Shown piece by piece: positions 27,029-38,577 of a stretch of 64,000 nt of DNA. Made by a program: the position numbers and the translations under genes. Source of the DNA: Yuukianura sp. NJ FZ-2021 (lineage: Eukaryota); NCBI GenBank assembly GCA_046563655.1, contig CM102289.1, positions 4,898,001 through 4,962,000 of the forward strand, written 5' to 3'. The stretch's first letter is position 1. Every line of letters starts with the position of its first letter. Under the pieces are notes generated by a model. The model saw nothing but the letters and a program-made list of their open reading frames with translations, did no database searches and was not told the origin of the DNA.

Positions 27029-27511
27029 TATCGATTTTTTAAAGTTTCGGTTTTCAAAATTAAAATGTGAGAGACGTGCTGGCTGGAGTGATTTACGAGA
27101 AACATTTTATAGCAAAAGTCATTTCCGTTTTCAAAAGCTAAAAGACCCGCATCCTGTTATTTTTCCTTACAAGAATTTTTTTTCCCAGAATATATATTTT
27201 GGTCAATGAAATGTTATTTTATCTTTTCGTTTTTTTCTTTGGTGAAAGGTGACAATTTGTATTTCAACTCCTGTTTTTTTTTAAGTTTAACGCTCATTGG
27301 TAAACCACAATTGTCCTTCCGTCTAAGATAGTTTGCAAAGAATCTTGTGGTTAGAACAGCATTTTATTTATGTTCTTTTCAAATGCCAATGTGGAATTTG
27401 AGAAAAATTAAACTTGAATTGGCATTGAAACAAGATTAAGTCCCCTTTAAACATACTAAGGTACTTAATTGTATTAATTCTTAAGTATTCGAAGAACTAA
27501 TATACAGTAAT

Positions 27512-27730
27512 TTAGCAACTGCTGCCCATGATGCATTGGGTTTTCGTTGCACAAACGTCCTGTCCGTTGTCATCTTCGCAGCCATACTTTGTGTAACAGA
27601 AACGTCCACTTTCTCCTGCGCAATACCGGATGCAATGTGTCCTGGCGCAACTGGCTGTTCCGCTTGGATTTACACTCCAAACAGCTGAGATCAGCGTCAA
27701 CACGATACAAATGAGTAGAAAGATCTTCAT
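27512..27730 (-). CDS. Small secreted Cys-rich peptide (8 Cys in mature part), unknown family
   Basis: Single-exon 72-aa ORF with a clear hydrophobic signal peptide. Confidence 0.7.
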   Translation of the reverse strand: MKIFLLICIVLTLISAVWSVNPSGTASCARTHCIRYCAGESGRFCYTKYGCEDDNGQDVCATKTQCIMGSSC

Positions 27731-28459
27731 GGTATTTCAGCAGTGAGGGGTCAGCAAAGGTCGCTTTGTGATCTGAGCAGTCAAGAACACTGAACAAGTC
27801 CCTGTTCCTTGCTTTGACTTTTCTTTTCTTTTAACTTCTTCTAATTTCGTGTTAAGTCTAAAACCAGTTGTGAGATGTGATTCATTAAGCTAATTAAGAT
27901 CATTTAACTCCTAGTTAAATCATAGTTCGTGGAATTCTGCCCTGTTGAAACAAAAAGTTAAAAGCAATCTAGCGCCATATAGGAAGCACAAATTACAAAT
28001 CAATTCTTTCGAAAGAAACTAGTTTAGCAACTATTTTATAACTAGGTTAATGAATGAATTCCCGCCTTTTTGTATTTAAGTCAAAAATCAAATTTAAATG
28101 TTAAGGTCAACTGACTGACGTTCAATTAGCTTAGACTATAATTCAATTAACTGGAAAAAGTAGAGATCATAATTATTAACAAAAGTTTATCCCGGGCTGA
28201 CCCTTGACCCACTGAATTATGTTTACGTCATAAAGAATGAGCATTTCAATTTTCTCAGATGAGTAAAATAGTGGCGGGAGTTCAAAATTTTGAAACCGAT
28301 GGAGAAATCTCCGAAGTGCAGAACTTCTTTGTTTGCTTTTTGTTTTTCACTTTTTTTCACATTAGAAGTTTTCAAAAACTTCTAAACTTCATCGGTGGTG
28401 ATGACACAGCAAATAGCGGTTTGGGATCCTGAGATCGATTTTTGGTTATTGATTTCACA

Positions 28460-29808
28460 ATGATGGTGTCACTGCTTGTTGTGCTCGGTTTCATCTACAT
28501 ATCCAGTCATCAGTGTTTGGCTCGCAATGGAACAACATTTCCAGAATGGATGCAGTAAGTCAATTCAGAATGAAATTGAAAGGTGCCGAAACCAATGTTT
28601 TCTGTTGTCTAGACATGGGATTTCGGAGAGCGACTATCAGCAGATTAAGGCGAATACCACTGCAGAGATTCTGGACAAGTACATCTTCATGAACCAGTCA
28701 TGCGTAAGGGAGACGAGCATGAGTATAGAAGTGCGCAATCGAACTGTTCCTTCGCGGATTCACTACCGATGGCCATGGTTGACACAGAAGAACAGTTTCC
28801 GTACTACTTCCGTCTGGCAGGATCATATGAACAGAACATCGGTGTATCCACATCACCAAGTCGTCAAGAGCCAACTCAGTCCATTCAAGGTGTTTATCAC
28901 GTACGTGTTTTGTCAACACATTTTGAAAATTATGAGACATTTGAAAGCGAAAATGTCATTTTCGCTTTCAAATGTCTCATAATTTCATCCAAAAGTTTAA
29001 GTTCCATGTTTTTTCATTCGCCTTTTGAATCGAAATACTTTGCAGATTCCTTGGGATGTGCCTCTGCCTTCTGCTGTTCGTAATACTCTTGTTCATTCCG
29101 CTCGCAGGCCTGCTCTTCCTCCTTATAGTGTTTCTCTACTTTCTGATCACTAATCGTCCAATGCGAAATATGATGCGATCTTTCTTAATTAAAAGACAAA
29201 AGAACAAGCGGCGATTGGAAATTGCTCGTACGCCAGACAAATGTCCACTGGAACCTCCCTATGCACTTCCACTGTTTTTCAGAAAACACGAAGATGACTA
29301 CTACCCTCAAGAACTGGAAGAGTACGACATGGAGCTTAAACGAAAACACGGTCGTCTGCCTTCAGAAGTTAACATTAATGATCGATTTGGAAACTACATG
29401 TTGCAGCGTGACCTGGACTATGACCCCCTCCTTCATCGGTTCCGCCATCGGGGTGAAGCGATGCCAGAAGATGCAAAGGAATCTGCGGAACTGCGACGCC
29501 GCCTCAAGGCTCAGCGTATCCAGCAGGCTCGTGAAATGCTGGCTCAAGAGGAGCAGTACATTACAAACATCCCATCCTACCGAATCAAGGCCATTGAACT
29601 TGGGATTCCCTATGCTGAAGATGAAGAACGCCACGTAGTTTTGACGACACTTCAAAAAACTTTACCAAAAAAGAAGTCCAAACCGTCTGCTCTCGATGTT
29701 ACAACAAAAGTTATAAAGAAACGTACCGCAGCAAAAGTTAGGCCGGCCAAAAGAAATCCGGAAGATGTTGAAGCTGGACCAGATTCCGAACCTGGCGCCA
29801 ATAATTAA
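28460..29808 (+). CDS. Uncharacterised type I membrane protein, 3 exons
   Basis: Signal-like MMVSLLVVLGFIYISSHQCLA; luminal exon with N-glycosylation sites; long hydrophobic segment followed by a basic, charged tail. Confidence 0.6.
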
Positions 29809-30163
29809 ACTCAAGCAAGTTTGATCAAAAGAGTTTTCAAATACACTTATTCTCACAATGAGAACGTTATCTCTTAAATATATAAATGAAATGAGGTTGT
29901 AACAAAAATTGAAAATAATTACAACGCATGCGCAGGGCCAATTTTTTTTTGTTTGAAAGTCGGAAATACACGTGAAAAAAAAATGAAATTACATCAAATA
30001 TTTAAAACAAACATTTACTGTGTACAAAGCAAGGCCAAAATTATTCAAGTTTTTGAAATTCGGTGGTGGCGTACATCGCCACCAGTAAAGTGTGTTGAAC
30101 CCTAACTGAAACCTACAGCCTAATTGATATTATGTTTAAAAAAAATATGTATCATGTGTAAAA

Positions 30164-31645
30164 TTATGTCTTTTGTCTTTTGGTTCCTCCGAATCGGTAC
30201 GGAATGACGTCCAGACTGGCGAACTGCGATATATCTTTTGCGTATTCTTTTCTATCAGTACCTATTGTTTTGAAGGCATCTCGCGTCGACGCAGTCATCA
30301 ACGGTCGCATTAAGTTAAATACAGGATCAAATATTTGTGGAGCTAAAACAAGTAATTGATGAGTAAATATATTTAAAAGTGTTAATTATTATGTAATTAC
30401 ATTTAAGTACAATTTACGTATGTATTGAATTAATTTCTTACTGTTTATGCAGAGAACCCTGTAGAAGTTATAGGGGTAATGCACCTCGTGATGAACCACC
30501 CAGTTCAAATAGAACGGAATACCTAAAAAGTGGGGAAATTGAATTATTTCAAAATTCGAACCGTATAGTTTTGTAAATTACTTGAACGTTTATGGTATTG
30601 AAAGACTGTTTTAAATGCTTACATCCTACACAAGCGTGCTTTCTAATTGAAAATCCTTGCATGTCCACAATGAGTAAGGTCGTAGGGTCACCCGTTGTAT
30701 TATATGCCAATTGTGCTGCTTTCTCCTCCATGTAGTCAAGACGTAACCCCAATTCACTCACGACTTTTCCCTGCAGAGCCTTACGACGCAAGTCCCAGTC
30801 TCCAAACGGAATCATACAAACTACACATAAAAATATTATTACAAATAGAAGTAAAAAATTATTCAAAAAATTACAACTTAAATGTCGAAAATTTTAAAGT
30901 GTGTATTACCTGGGTTTCCTGCTTTGTCTTTAGCACTGTTGTAGTCCATAACGTATTTTTTGTCCACTTCGGTTCCAAAATCGTAGCCTGGCAAATTGTC
31001 AGCGTCTACGGTCTTACGCCATTCCAATGTCTGAAAAGCAAGGTATTGCACGTACGGAGTTATTAATTAAGAATTCATGGTACGCAATTAATTAAGGGTG
31101 TTTATTAATAAAAATCGATTTCAAAGTTGAAAAATTTTACCTTTTCCAAAGCTTCTTTTGCTTTTTCATGATCGAATTCCTTCGCTAAAATAAAAATTGT
31201 TTATTCAAGACAATTTTAGCGTAAGAAAAATTTAAGCTGTTTTTTCACAGTTACCTTTGAGCCATTTGATCAAATAGACATCTGATTTCATATAACTTGC
31301 GGTCAATTTCCCAATAACAGAAGACCTCAACTGTGAACAAATTTAGAAAAATAAATAGATGTGTTAAAAATTAAGAAAATAACAATAAGAATTAACAAAA
31401 ATCATAAATCATGGTACTCTCGATATGAAAAAATAGTTACACGTTAGGGAAAACGACAAAAAAAGTTAAAAATGAAAAAATAAAATTTCATAAAAAAAAT
31501 CGGAGCGGCCAGTGGACCAACGCACGTACATTACCTTATCAATGGCTATTTTCTCTTTTTCCGTAAACTCGGGAGGTTTACATTCAGAATAAGAGAAAAA
31601 GGACAAAAGCAATCCCAAAATTATTCCGAATTTGGCGGTTTCCAT
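30164..31645 (-). CDS. SEC14/CRAL-TRIO protein with signal peptide (paralogue 1)
   Basis: SDVYLIKWLKAKEFD..AKEAL; IVDMQGFS; HHEVHYP; IPYRFGGT. Confidence 0.85.
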
Positions 31646-32535
31646 TTTTTTGCAAATTCGGTTCGGTGAAGGAATGTCGTAGAAGATTTTTTGCTGCAGA
31701 CAACTTGTTGCCAAATGCAGTTTGTAACGTTCAAGGCCTTCTTCTGCCTTAAATATGGCCAACCCAAGGACAGAAGTTGTCAGGACTTTGGTGGATGCTA
31801 ATCAAGTAGTTGTTTGCTACTTCGTGTCACCAATCGTTTTGTTGATTTGAGAAAAACAACCAATGAAAGCAGATATAAACAAAACCTACACCAACCTGTT
31901 TTCGTTCGGTTTAATGCTATTATTCAAGAACGCCACTTGAATTTTATGTTCTCGTTCCTCAAATGTATAAATGTGGTGAACAAGTTTCGGTCGTTTTTCT
32001 TTTATATAGTTAAAAATACTAAAAGATTTTTTGTACGCTTACTAAATTTTTTTAATTGTTGCTTGAAATTTAAACAGTTGATTACAACGCTCAATTAAAA
32101 TAGTTTTTCAACAATCTTTACTCACTCCATGGCTTTTTGGACCACAGAGAACACAGAAGCGAAAATCCAAAATTCCTTGATGAGGCACGTACTGGAATAT
32201 GTGGTTTTCCAAACTTGAGTTCAAATCTGCTTACAGTTGCGCAACTAAGCTTGTTGTTGAACAGTTTTGTTTAAAAAAAATCAAACCAGTTTTTATTGTT
32301 TCTTTCGTGACATGTAGTCAGGTAATTTATACATGCACTTATGAATATTTTTCAGGAGGAACTCCATGTGACAATGCACTTTTAGTAAGAAAGTAAAGGA
32401 CGTCCACTCATCGGGAGTGGCTGCCTTAAGTGATTTTGAATCGCATTTTTCATTTTTTGGCAAGAACAACATTTTTTTTAAACTAACAAGTGACTAAATT
32501 AACTACATAACAAAACTTGAATAAAATTAATTTAA

Positions 32536-33855
32536 CTACGTTTTTCTCTTTGTTCCGCCAAATCTGGGCGGAAGTGTTGTAAGGTCAACTGTTTCTGCAA
32601 TGAAGGCTGACCATTCTGCTCGGTTGTGACCCATCGTTCGAAACGCCGTGCGAGTCGAATCCGTCATCAACGGTCGCATCAAGCTCAGAATCGGATCAAA
32701 AATTGCTGGAGCTATATTGGATTTGGATTTGACACAAAAGAAAATACAAAATTTAATATAATTTATTTTATTATAATACTATTTATACAAATTATTATAA
32801 ATTGAATAGTAATATATGCTTACTGTTGATACAAAGGACTTTGTACAAGTTGTAGGGGTAGTGCAGCTCGTGGTGTCTCACCCAGTTCAGATAGAAAGGG
32901 ACGCCTGAGCAAAGTAAGCAATTCATAAATAAGCAAATAATAATTACTATTATTAAATATATTAAAATAATTAGTATTTACATCCAGCACATCCGTGCTT
33001 GCGTAGTGAGAATCCATTTAAATCTGAGATCAGCATTGCCGTGGGATCTCCGGTGAGGTTGAACGCCAGTTGAGCTCCTTTCTCCTCCATGAGGTCAAGG
33101 CGTCGTCCGAGGTCATTGACCTTTCCTTCAAGAGCTTTCCTCCGCACGTCCCAGTCACCAAAAGGAAGCAACATCACTAAGCAAACAAGCCATTTGCTTT
33201 AGATTGAAAAGTTTAATTTAGAGCTTGTTCTTAAACTGGAATGATACCTGGTAGACCCGAAATGTCTCTAGTAGTAGTGAAATCTACAACATATTGTTTT
33301 GCCGCAGCACCGACATCCTCTTCTGGCAAGTTGTCAATATTCTCAGCTTTTCGCCATTCTAAAGTCTAAAAAAATAATAAAGAAAATGTAAGTCTTTGAA
33401 TTTTTAAGAAAAGTTAAAACAAAATTTGATAAACTGTCAAAATTCTTTCTTGGGTTTCCTCACTTTTTCAAGAGCTTCTTTTGCTTGGGCATGATCAAAG
33501 TTCTTAGCTGTAAAAATGAATTTGATGAATTTAAAAAAATACAGTTTTAAATTCAAAGCTAATTTTTCATTAAGAATACCTTTGAGCCATTTATACAAAT
33601 ATGCATCTGACTTCATATATTTCGCAACCAACTTTGAACTAACGGCACTTCGCAACTACATCACCAAGAAAATTATGTTACATCAAATTAAAAAGTCAAA
33701 TTATGTTACTAAGCCTTAAATATTAAATTTATCAAACGATAAACTCTGCTCACTTTGTCAATTGCCGCCTTGTCCTTCCCAGTGTACACCGGAGCTTTCC
33801 CGGCAGAGAAAGTAATTAGGAAAGAAACTAGAAAGCCAAAATGTAATATTTGCAT
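32536..33855 (-). CDS. SEC14/CRAL-TRIO protein with signal peptide (paralogue 2)
   Basis: SDAYLYKWLKAKNFDHAQAKEAL; ISDLNGFS; LPPRFGGT; same exon structure as paralogue 1. Confidence 0.85.
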
Positions 33856-34620
33856 TTTTGAAGTTTCAAGTGCAAGGTTTGTTTCGCTTTTCAAGTGCTT
33901 TTGTTCAAGTGGACATGTATATTGAGGAACTGCTCATTTAAATAACAGTTTTCAAGGTCATATACGAGATCATTAGGCTTGTAATTTACAAGTTGTAAAT
34001 AGAAACAAGAGGGGTAGTAAAGAATTTTGAAGAAATTGAACGTGTCAATTATTTTTTGGTTTATAATAAATATAAAACTGCACGCCGGGAACCTGTTTTT
34101 ATTTGCGCAGAACGTGGTTTTCAATTTTCCACTTGGATTTACTTGCAGTAGATTAACCTAGGGAAGATTAATTTTTTAAAACAACTTTCGTTTGCATTTA
34201 AAGCGTCTTTTTCCTCATCTTCTCTACTATTTTTCCAAAACATTAGATATGGAAGATTTTCTGAACTGTGCAAATCGTAAATGAATTAGAATAATGAAAT
34301 AACTAAAAAAAATGTTGTTGCACAAAGAAAACAAATTGATACTATTAGTTTGCTAAAAATAATTAACATGTTCGCAACCTGGTCAAATTACAATGTCTAC
34401 AACTCCGGAAAAACAAATTAGAGTGTCCCTGTTGGAACTAATTGTTCGATAATATACTCAATTTCATTTCTCCAATAAATAAAGACTAGTTTGTTGAAAA
34501 AAACAGAGATTGAAAAAAATATCAGAAAACTGGCAAATCAAGTCACTAAAATATATATGTTGAGAAAGCTTCACAAATTACGTTTGTATTAAATTTTGCT
34601 ATTTTTAATTTTCATGCTGT

Positions 34621-36346
34621 TTAGTTAGTCTTGCCAGGTTCGCCAATTTTGTATTTGTCATATAATTCGACTATGTCGTTCACAAGCGACCTCATCATGA
34701 CCTCGGAATGAAATGGTGTTGGAGTGATTCTTAGTTTTTCTTGACCTCTGGGCACAGTTGGGAAGTTGATGCCAGGGACGTAGTGCCCCTTGACTTGGAT
34801 CAACTCCGCCGCAATTTTGAAACACAGAGCAGGATTTCCTACCTAAAATATTAACGAAAAAAATTTACTCTAAAACTATTTAGTGCCTAAAATTGGAGTA
34901 AAATACAGATAGTGTTTAAAAATAACGCATGTGCGCTCCTCACAATAACAGGAATGATGTGAGAATCGTTTTGTTCCAGCGGCAACCCAGCACTCGTCAA
35001 CAACTTTTTCAAAAATTTGACATTCCGGTGCAATTTTTGCCGCAACAGAACGCCTTCTTCGGATCTGATAACGCTGAGTGACATCAATGCACCAGCGAGT
35101 GCCATTGGTGAAATGGACGTCGTAAAAACAAATCCGGGCGCGTAACTTCGAATTGTATCGATCAGAGATTGGCTTCCAGCCAAGTACGCTCCAGCAGTCC
35201 CTAACGCCTTGGCTACAGACAAAATCATTTTAATTTTCTTTTAATTAGTTCCAAAAAATTCGCAATTTTTTAAGCCTTACCTAAACTACCAGCTATGAGA
35301 TCCATATTTTGAGTAGCGTCAACCAGTTGGCCAATTCCCGCTCCACTTTTCCCGTAAAGTCCAACTGCGTGCACTTCGTCGACAAATGTAAGAGCACCAT
35401 GCTGCTTTGCAACTGCGCACAACTCTGCGACATCCGCCTTCTCTCCAGTCATTGAGCAGAGGCTTTCGAAAACAACAATTTTGGGCCGACTGAGGTCGGA
35501 TTGACTGAGAAGTTGAGCTAAGTGTGAGGCGTCGCCATTTTTAAAAACATGTTTTGGCGCTCGACTGCTGATTATTCCTTGTAAAATAGATGCGTGGTTT
35601 TCAGAAGCCGAATAAATTTCCACGCCTGAAAGCAAATTAAAGTTTCAAAAGTCATTTTTAAAAATAGTTTTCATTTTTCAAAAACGAACCTGGAATTATT
35701 TTGCCAAGGAGGGAAATTGCCGAAGAATTTGACAAAAATCCAGAAGACGAGATGAAGGATGCTTCTTTCCCGTGAAAATCCGCTAATTCACGCTCCAGCG
35801 TCAAGTGCAGCTCTGATGTGCCACAAATTCCACGAGCTCCAGCCGACCCTACGCCATAGAGGTCAATGGCCTTACTAGAATAAATAAAAATTTTGTTCCT
35901 TTTTTTCTCCTGAGTGTTCAAAAAAAAAATTAACCTTACTGCACTGCCTGTGTCACTTTCGGGTGTCGGCTCATTCCCAGCACATCATTGGCACACCATA
36001 CAGTGATGCGCTTTTTCTTTGCCAATCCTCCGTTTTCAATGATTTCGTCGGCTTCAGGGAATGCCGACGCATCGCGATTCACGACGTTGAAAACTCGGTA
36101 AATATTCGCATCTTTCCGTTCTTGAATTTTCCTTCGCATGAATTCTTCATAGTCAAATCCCTCGTTTCCTTTCTTCGTACGGCAAAACCTGACACCTAAG
36201 ACGACAACAAAAAACGTTCAATAATTTCGGTATTTCTTTCTTTTGATTGTGTTTTGTTTATTTTGAATTATATTGGAAAGTAGGTAGGTTTAGACTAAAT
36301 TACTTGTTTCCGTACCTGCTCCTTTCAGACGCCGAAGCAATTTCAT
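34621..36346 (-). CDS. Divergent ALAS-type PLP-dependent alpha-oxoamine synthase (candidate BioF-like activity), 6 exons
   Basis: [67 protein letters not shown] (PLP Lys)..[23 protein letters not shown]. Confidence 0.9.
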
Positions 36347-36573
36347 AGTAAGGGCAGTTGCAGAGCGTGGTAAATCACTGAAGGTTGGAAACCTTTGCTG
36401 CAAGGTCAAAGGTCAAAAACCTCGTACGACACTCATCACCTTTAGTAAAAACATTGGCTGTGTGCTGGTGATCTTTGTCTGCTAGTAAAAAAAATCATTC
36501 AACTTCACTCAATTGTCATCTCCCCTCAACTTTTTATCTTAAGCGATTGCGAGAGGGAGACTCTTCGTTCCAT

Positions 36574-36618
36574 CTATTCACTTCGTGTTGCGTACATCGA
36601 GATACACGAAGTGAATAG
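36574..36618. promoter_or_regulatory. 15-bp perfect inverted repeat in the divergent promoter between the ALAS-like gene and bioD
   Basis: CTATTCACTTCGTGT-N15-ACACGAAGTGAATAG. Confidence 0.45.
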
Positions 36619-36720
36619 TTTTTAAGATTATACAATTTTAAACAAACCATAAATTATTTTTTCGAAATTATTCTTAAAGTTTCTCAAAAACTCTGGACTG
36701 TTTAGACAACCATTAAAAAC

Positions 36721-37410
36721 ATGGTTTTGATTTTTCAGAGACTTCTCACCCAAAAAATTTTAAATGTACCAAAAACACAAAATCCAGTAACAAAAATTTT
36801 TGTAACAGGAACAGATACTGACATTGGGAAAACTGTTGTTTCGAGTTGGCTCTGCCTCCATTCTCGCTTTGACTACTGGAAACCAATCTCCAGTGGATCC
36901 GATGACCTTTCGACCTCAGATTCAATGTTAGTCAAAAGTCTTGCAAAGGTCAAAGTTCATCCCGAAGTTTATACTTTTCGTCAGCCACTGTCACCACACT
37001 TGGCAGCACAAAGAGACAACGCTATAATCAGTTTAGAACAAATCAGCCTGCCGCAGAGTGAGCAACTGATTGTAGAGGGTGCTGGTGGCGTTTTGGTTCC
37101 CTTGAATAAGGATGACCTTGTGATTGACCTCATCAAGAAACTTGACCTTCCAGTGCTCCTAGTCGCCAGTTCGAAACTCGGAACCATCAATCACACACTT
37201 CTTAGCATCGAGGCGCTGAGTTCCCGTGGCATTCCAGTGCTTGGGGTCATTGTCAAGGGGAGTCCAAATCAAGACAACTGTGATGCCATTGCACATTACG
37301 GTCAAACTCAAGTTTTGGCGCAAGTGCCACATTTTGAAAACGTGACTACGGAACATCTTCAAAATTTACGCTTGACCCCAATTCTAAAAGAACTGCTTTG
37401 TTTAATTTAA
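36721..37410 (+). CDS. bioD: Dethiobiotin synthetase, intronless, bacterial type
   Basis: KIFVTGTDTDIGKT P-loop, KPISSG, LSPHLAA, VEGAGG, LGTINHTLL. Confidence 0.96.
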   Translation: MVLIFQRLLTQKILNVPKTQNPVTKIFVTGTDTDIGKTVVSSWLCLHSRFDYWKPISSGSDDLSTSDSMLVKSLAKVKVHPEVYTFRQPLSPHLAAQRDNAIISLEQISLPQSEQLIVEGAGGVLVPLNKDDLVIDLIKKLDLPVLLVASSKLGTINHTLLSIEALSSRGIPVLGVIVKGSPNQDNCDAIAHYGQTQVLAQVPHFENVTTEHLQNLRLTPILKELLCLI

Positions 37411-37473
37411 AAAACAAAGTTTTTTATTTTCTGAATTCAAAAATTTCCGAAATTCAAAATCAAAAAGTCACTA

Positions 37474-37487
37474 TTTATTGAAATAAA
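37474..37487. terminator. Back-to-back poly(A) signals for convergent bioD and bioB
   Basis: TTTATT (AATAAA on minus, 37474-37479) next to AATAAA (plus, 37482-37487) in the 195-bp gap between the stops. Confidence 0.5.
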
Positions 37488-37605
37488 AATGGCAGTGGTG
37501 ACAAGTAATCGCAGAATTGGGTTTTAGTTGGTTTAGAATTAATTTTGTAATTCTTTTGTAAAGTTGTAATTCTTTTAACTATAATAATTTTTGTACTTGT
37601 GTTTG

Positions 37606-38577
37606 TTATTGGTTCATCGCTACTTGTACTTCAGTTGTTCGGAGAGGTTCTTTTTCAAATCCCAATTTGGTGAATAAAATGTCATCTTTTTCCGGACTTG
37701 GATTCGGCGCAGTGAGTAACTTTTCTCCATAAAAGATTGAATTCGCTCCAACTAGAAAACAGAGTAGCTGCATTTCCTGACTCATACTTTCCCGCCCTGC
37801 TGACAACCGAACGTACGACGTCGGCATCATAATCCTCGCTAAAGCAATTGTTCTAACAAAGTCCATTGAATCCACTTCCGGGGAATTCTCCAATGGCGTT
37901 CCAGGGATGCGCATCAACTTGTTGATCGGAATTGATTCGGGTGGAGTCGGAAGACTAGCCAAAGTCAGCAGCATTTTGATTCTATCGTCATTCGTTTCTC
38001 CCATTCCCAGAATTCCGCCACAACAAACCTTGAGGTCAGCTGACCTCACATGCTCCAGCGTGCGAATGCGGTCTTCAAAAGTGCGTGTGGTGATGACCTC
38101 CTTGTAGTAATCCGGGGACGTGTCAATGTTGTGGTTGTAAAAATCTAGACCAGCGTCCTTGAGCGCCTTGGCTTGAGCTTCATTTCGAAGTAGTCCCAGA
38201 GTAGCACAAGTTTCGAGTCCAAGGGCCTTGACCTCTCTGACCATTTCTGAAATGGTGTTGATTTGTCTGTCGGTGGGTCCACGCCATGCTGCTCCCATGC
38301 AAAACCGAGTACTTCCTGCAGCTTTGGCTGCTTTAGCGGCCTTTATGACATCCTCTAGAGCCATGACTGGTTGTTTCTGAAGTCCCGTTTTGTAACGAGC
38401 AGACTGCGGGCAGTAAGAACAGTTTTCTGGACAACTGCCCGTTTTGACGCTGAGTAGCGTACTGACTTGGATCAGTGTCGGACTGAAGTGCTGCCGATGA
38501 GCCACTTGTGCTTCGTAAACCAATTCGGCCATTGGCAAATTAAAAATTTGCTTTGCACGGTTCAGTGTCCAGGCCAT
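37606..38577 (-). CDS. bioB: Biotin synthase (radical SAM), intronless CDS, bacterial type
   Basis: [15 protein letters not shown] (CxxxCxxC), [38 protein letters not shown]. Confidence 0.98.
   Translation of the reverse strand: MAWTLNRAKQIFNLPMAELVYEAQVAHRQHFSPTLIQVSTLLSVKTGSCPENCSYCPQSARYKTGLQKQPVMALEDVIKAAKAAKAAGSTRFCMGAAWRGPTDRQINTISEMVREVKALGLETCATLGLLRNEAQAKALKDAGLDFYNHNIDTSPDYYKEVITTRTFEDRIRTLEHVRSADLKVCCGGILGMGETNDDRIKMLLTLASLPTPPESIPINKLMRIPGTPLENSPEVDSMDFVRTIALARIMMPTSYVRLSAGRESMSQEMQLLCFLVGANSIFYGEKLLTAPNPSPEKDDILFTKLGFEKEPLRTTEVQVAMNQ

Noticed and set aside
34621..36346. Calling the gene a bacterial bioF
   Set aside because: It has ALAS-specific sequence (FDY..F, YRVF..VNR, VWC.ND) and five introns; BioF function is only a hypothesis.
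36721..38577. Bacterial contamination
   Set aside because: Flanked by spliced genes, non-operonic convergent layout, poly(A) and splice signals, host-like AT-rich spacers; read-level confirmation is still needed.
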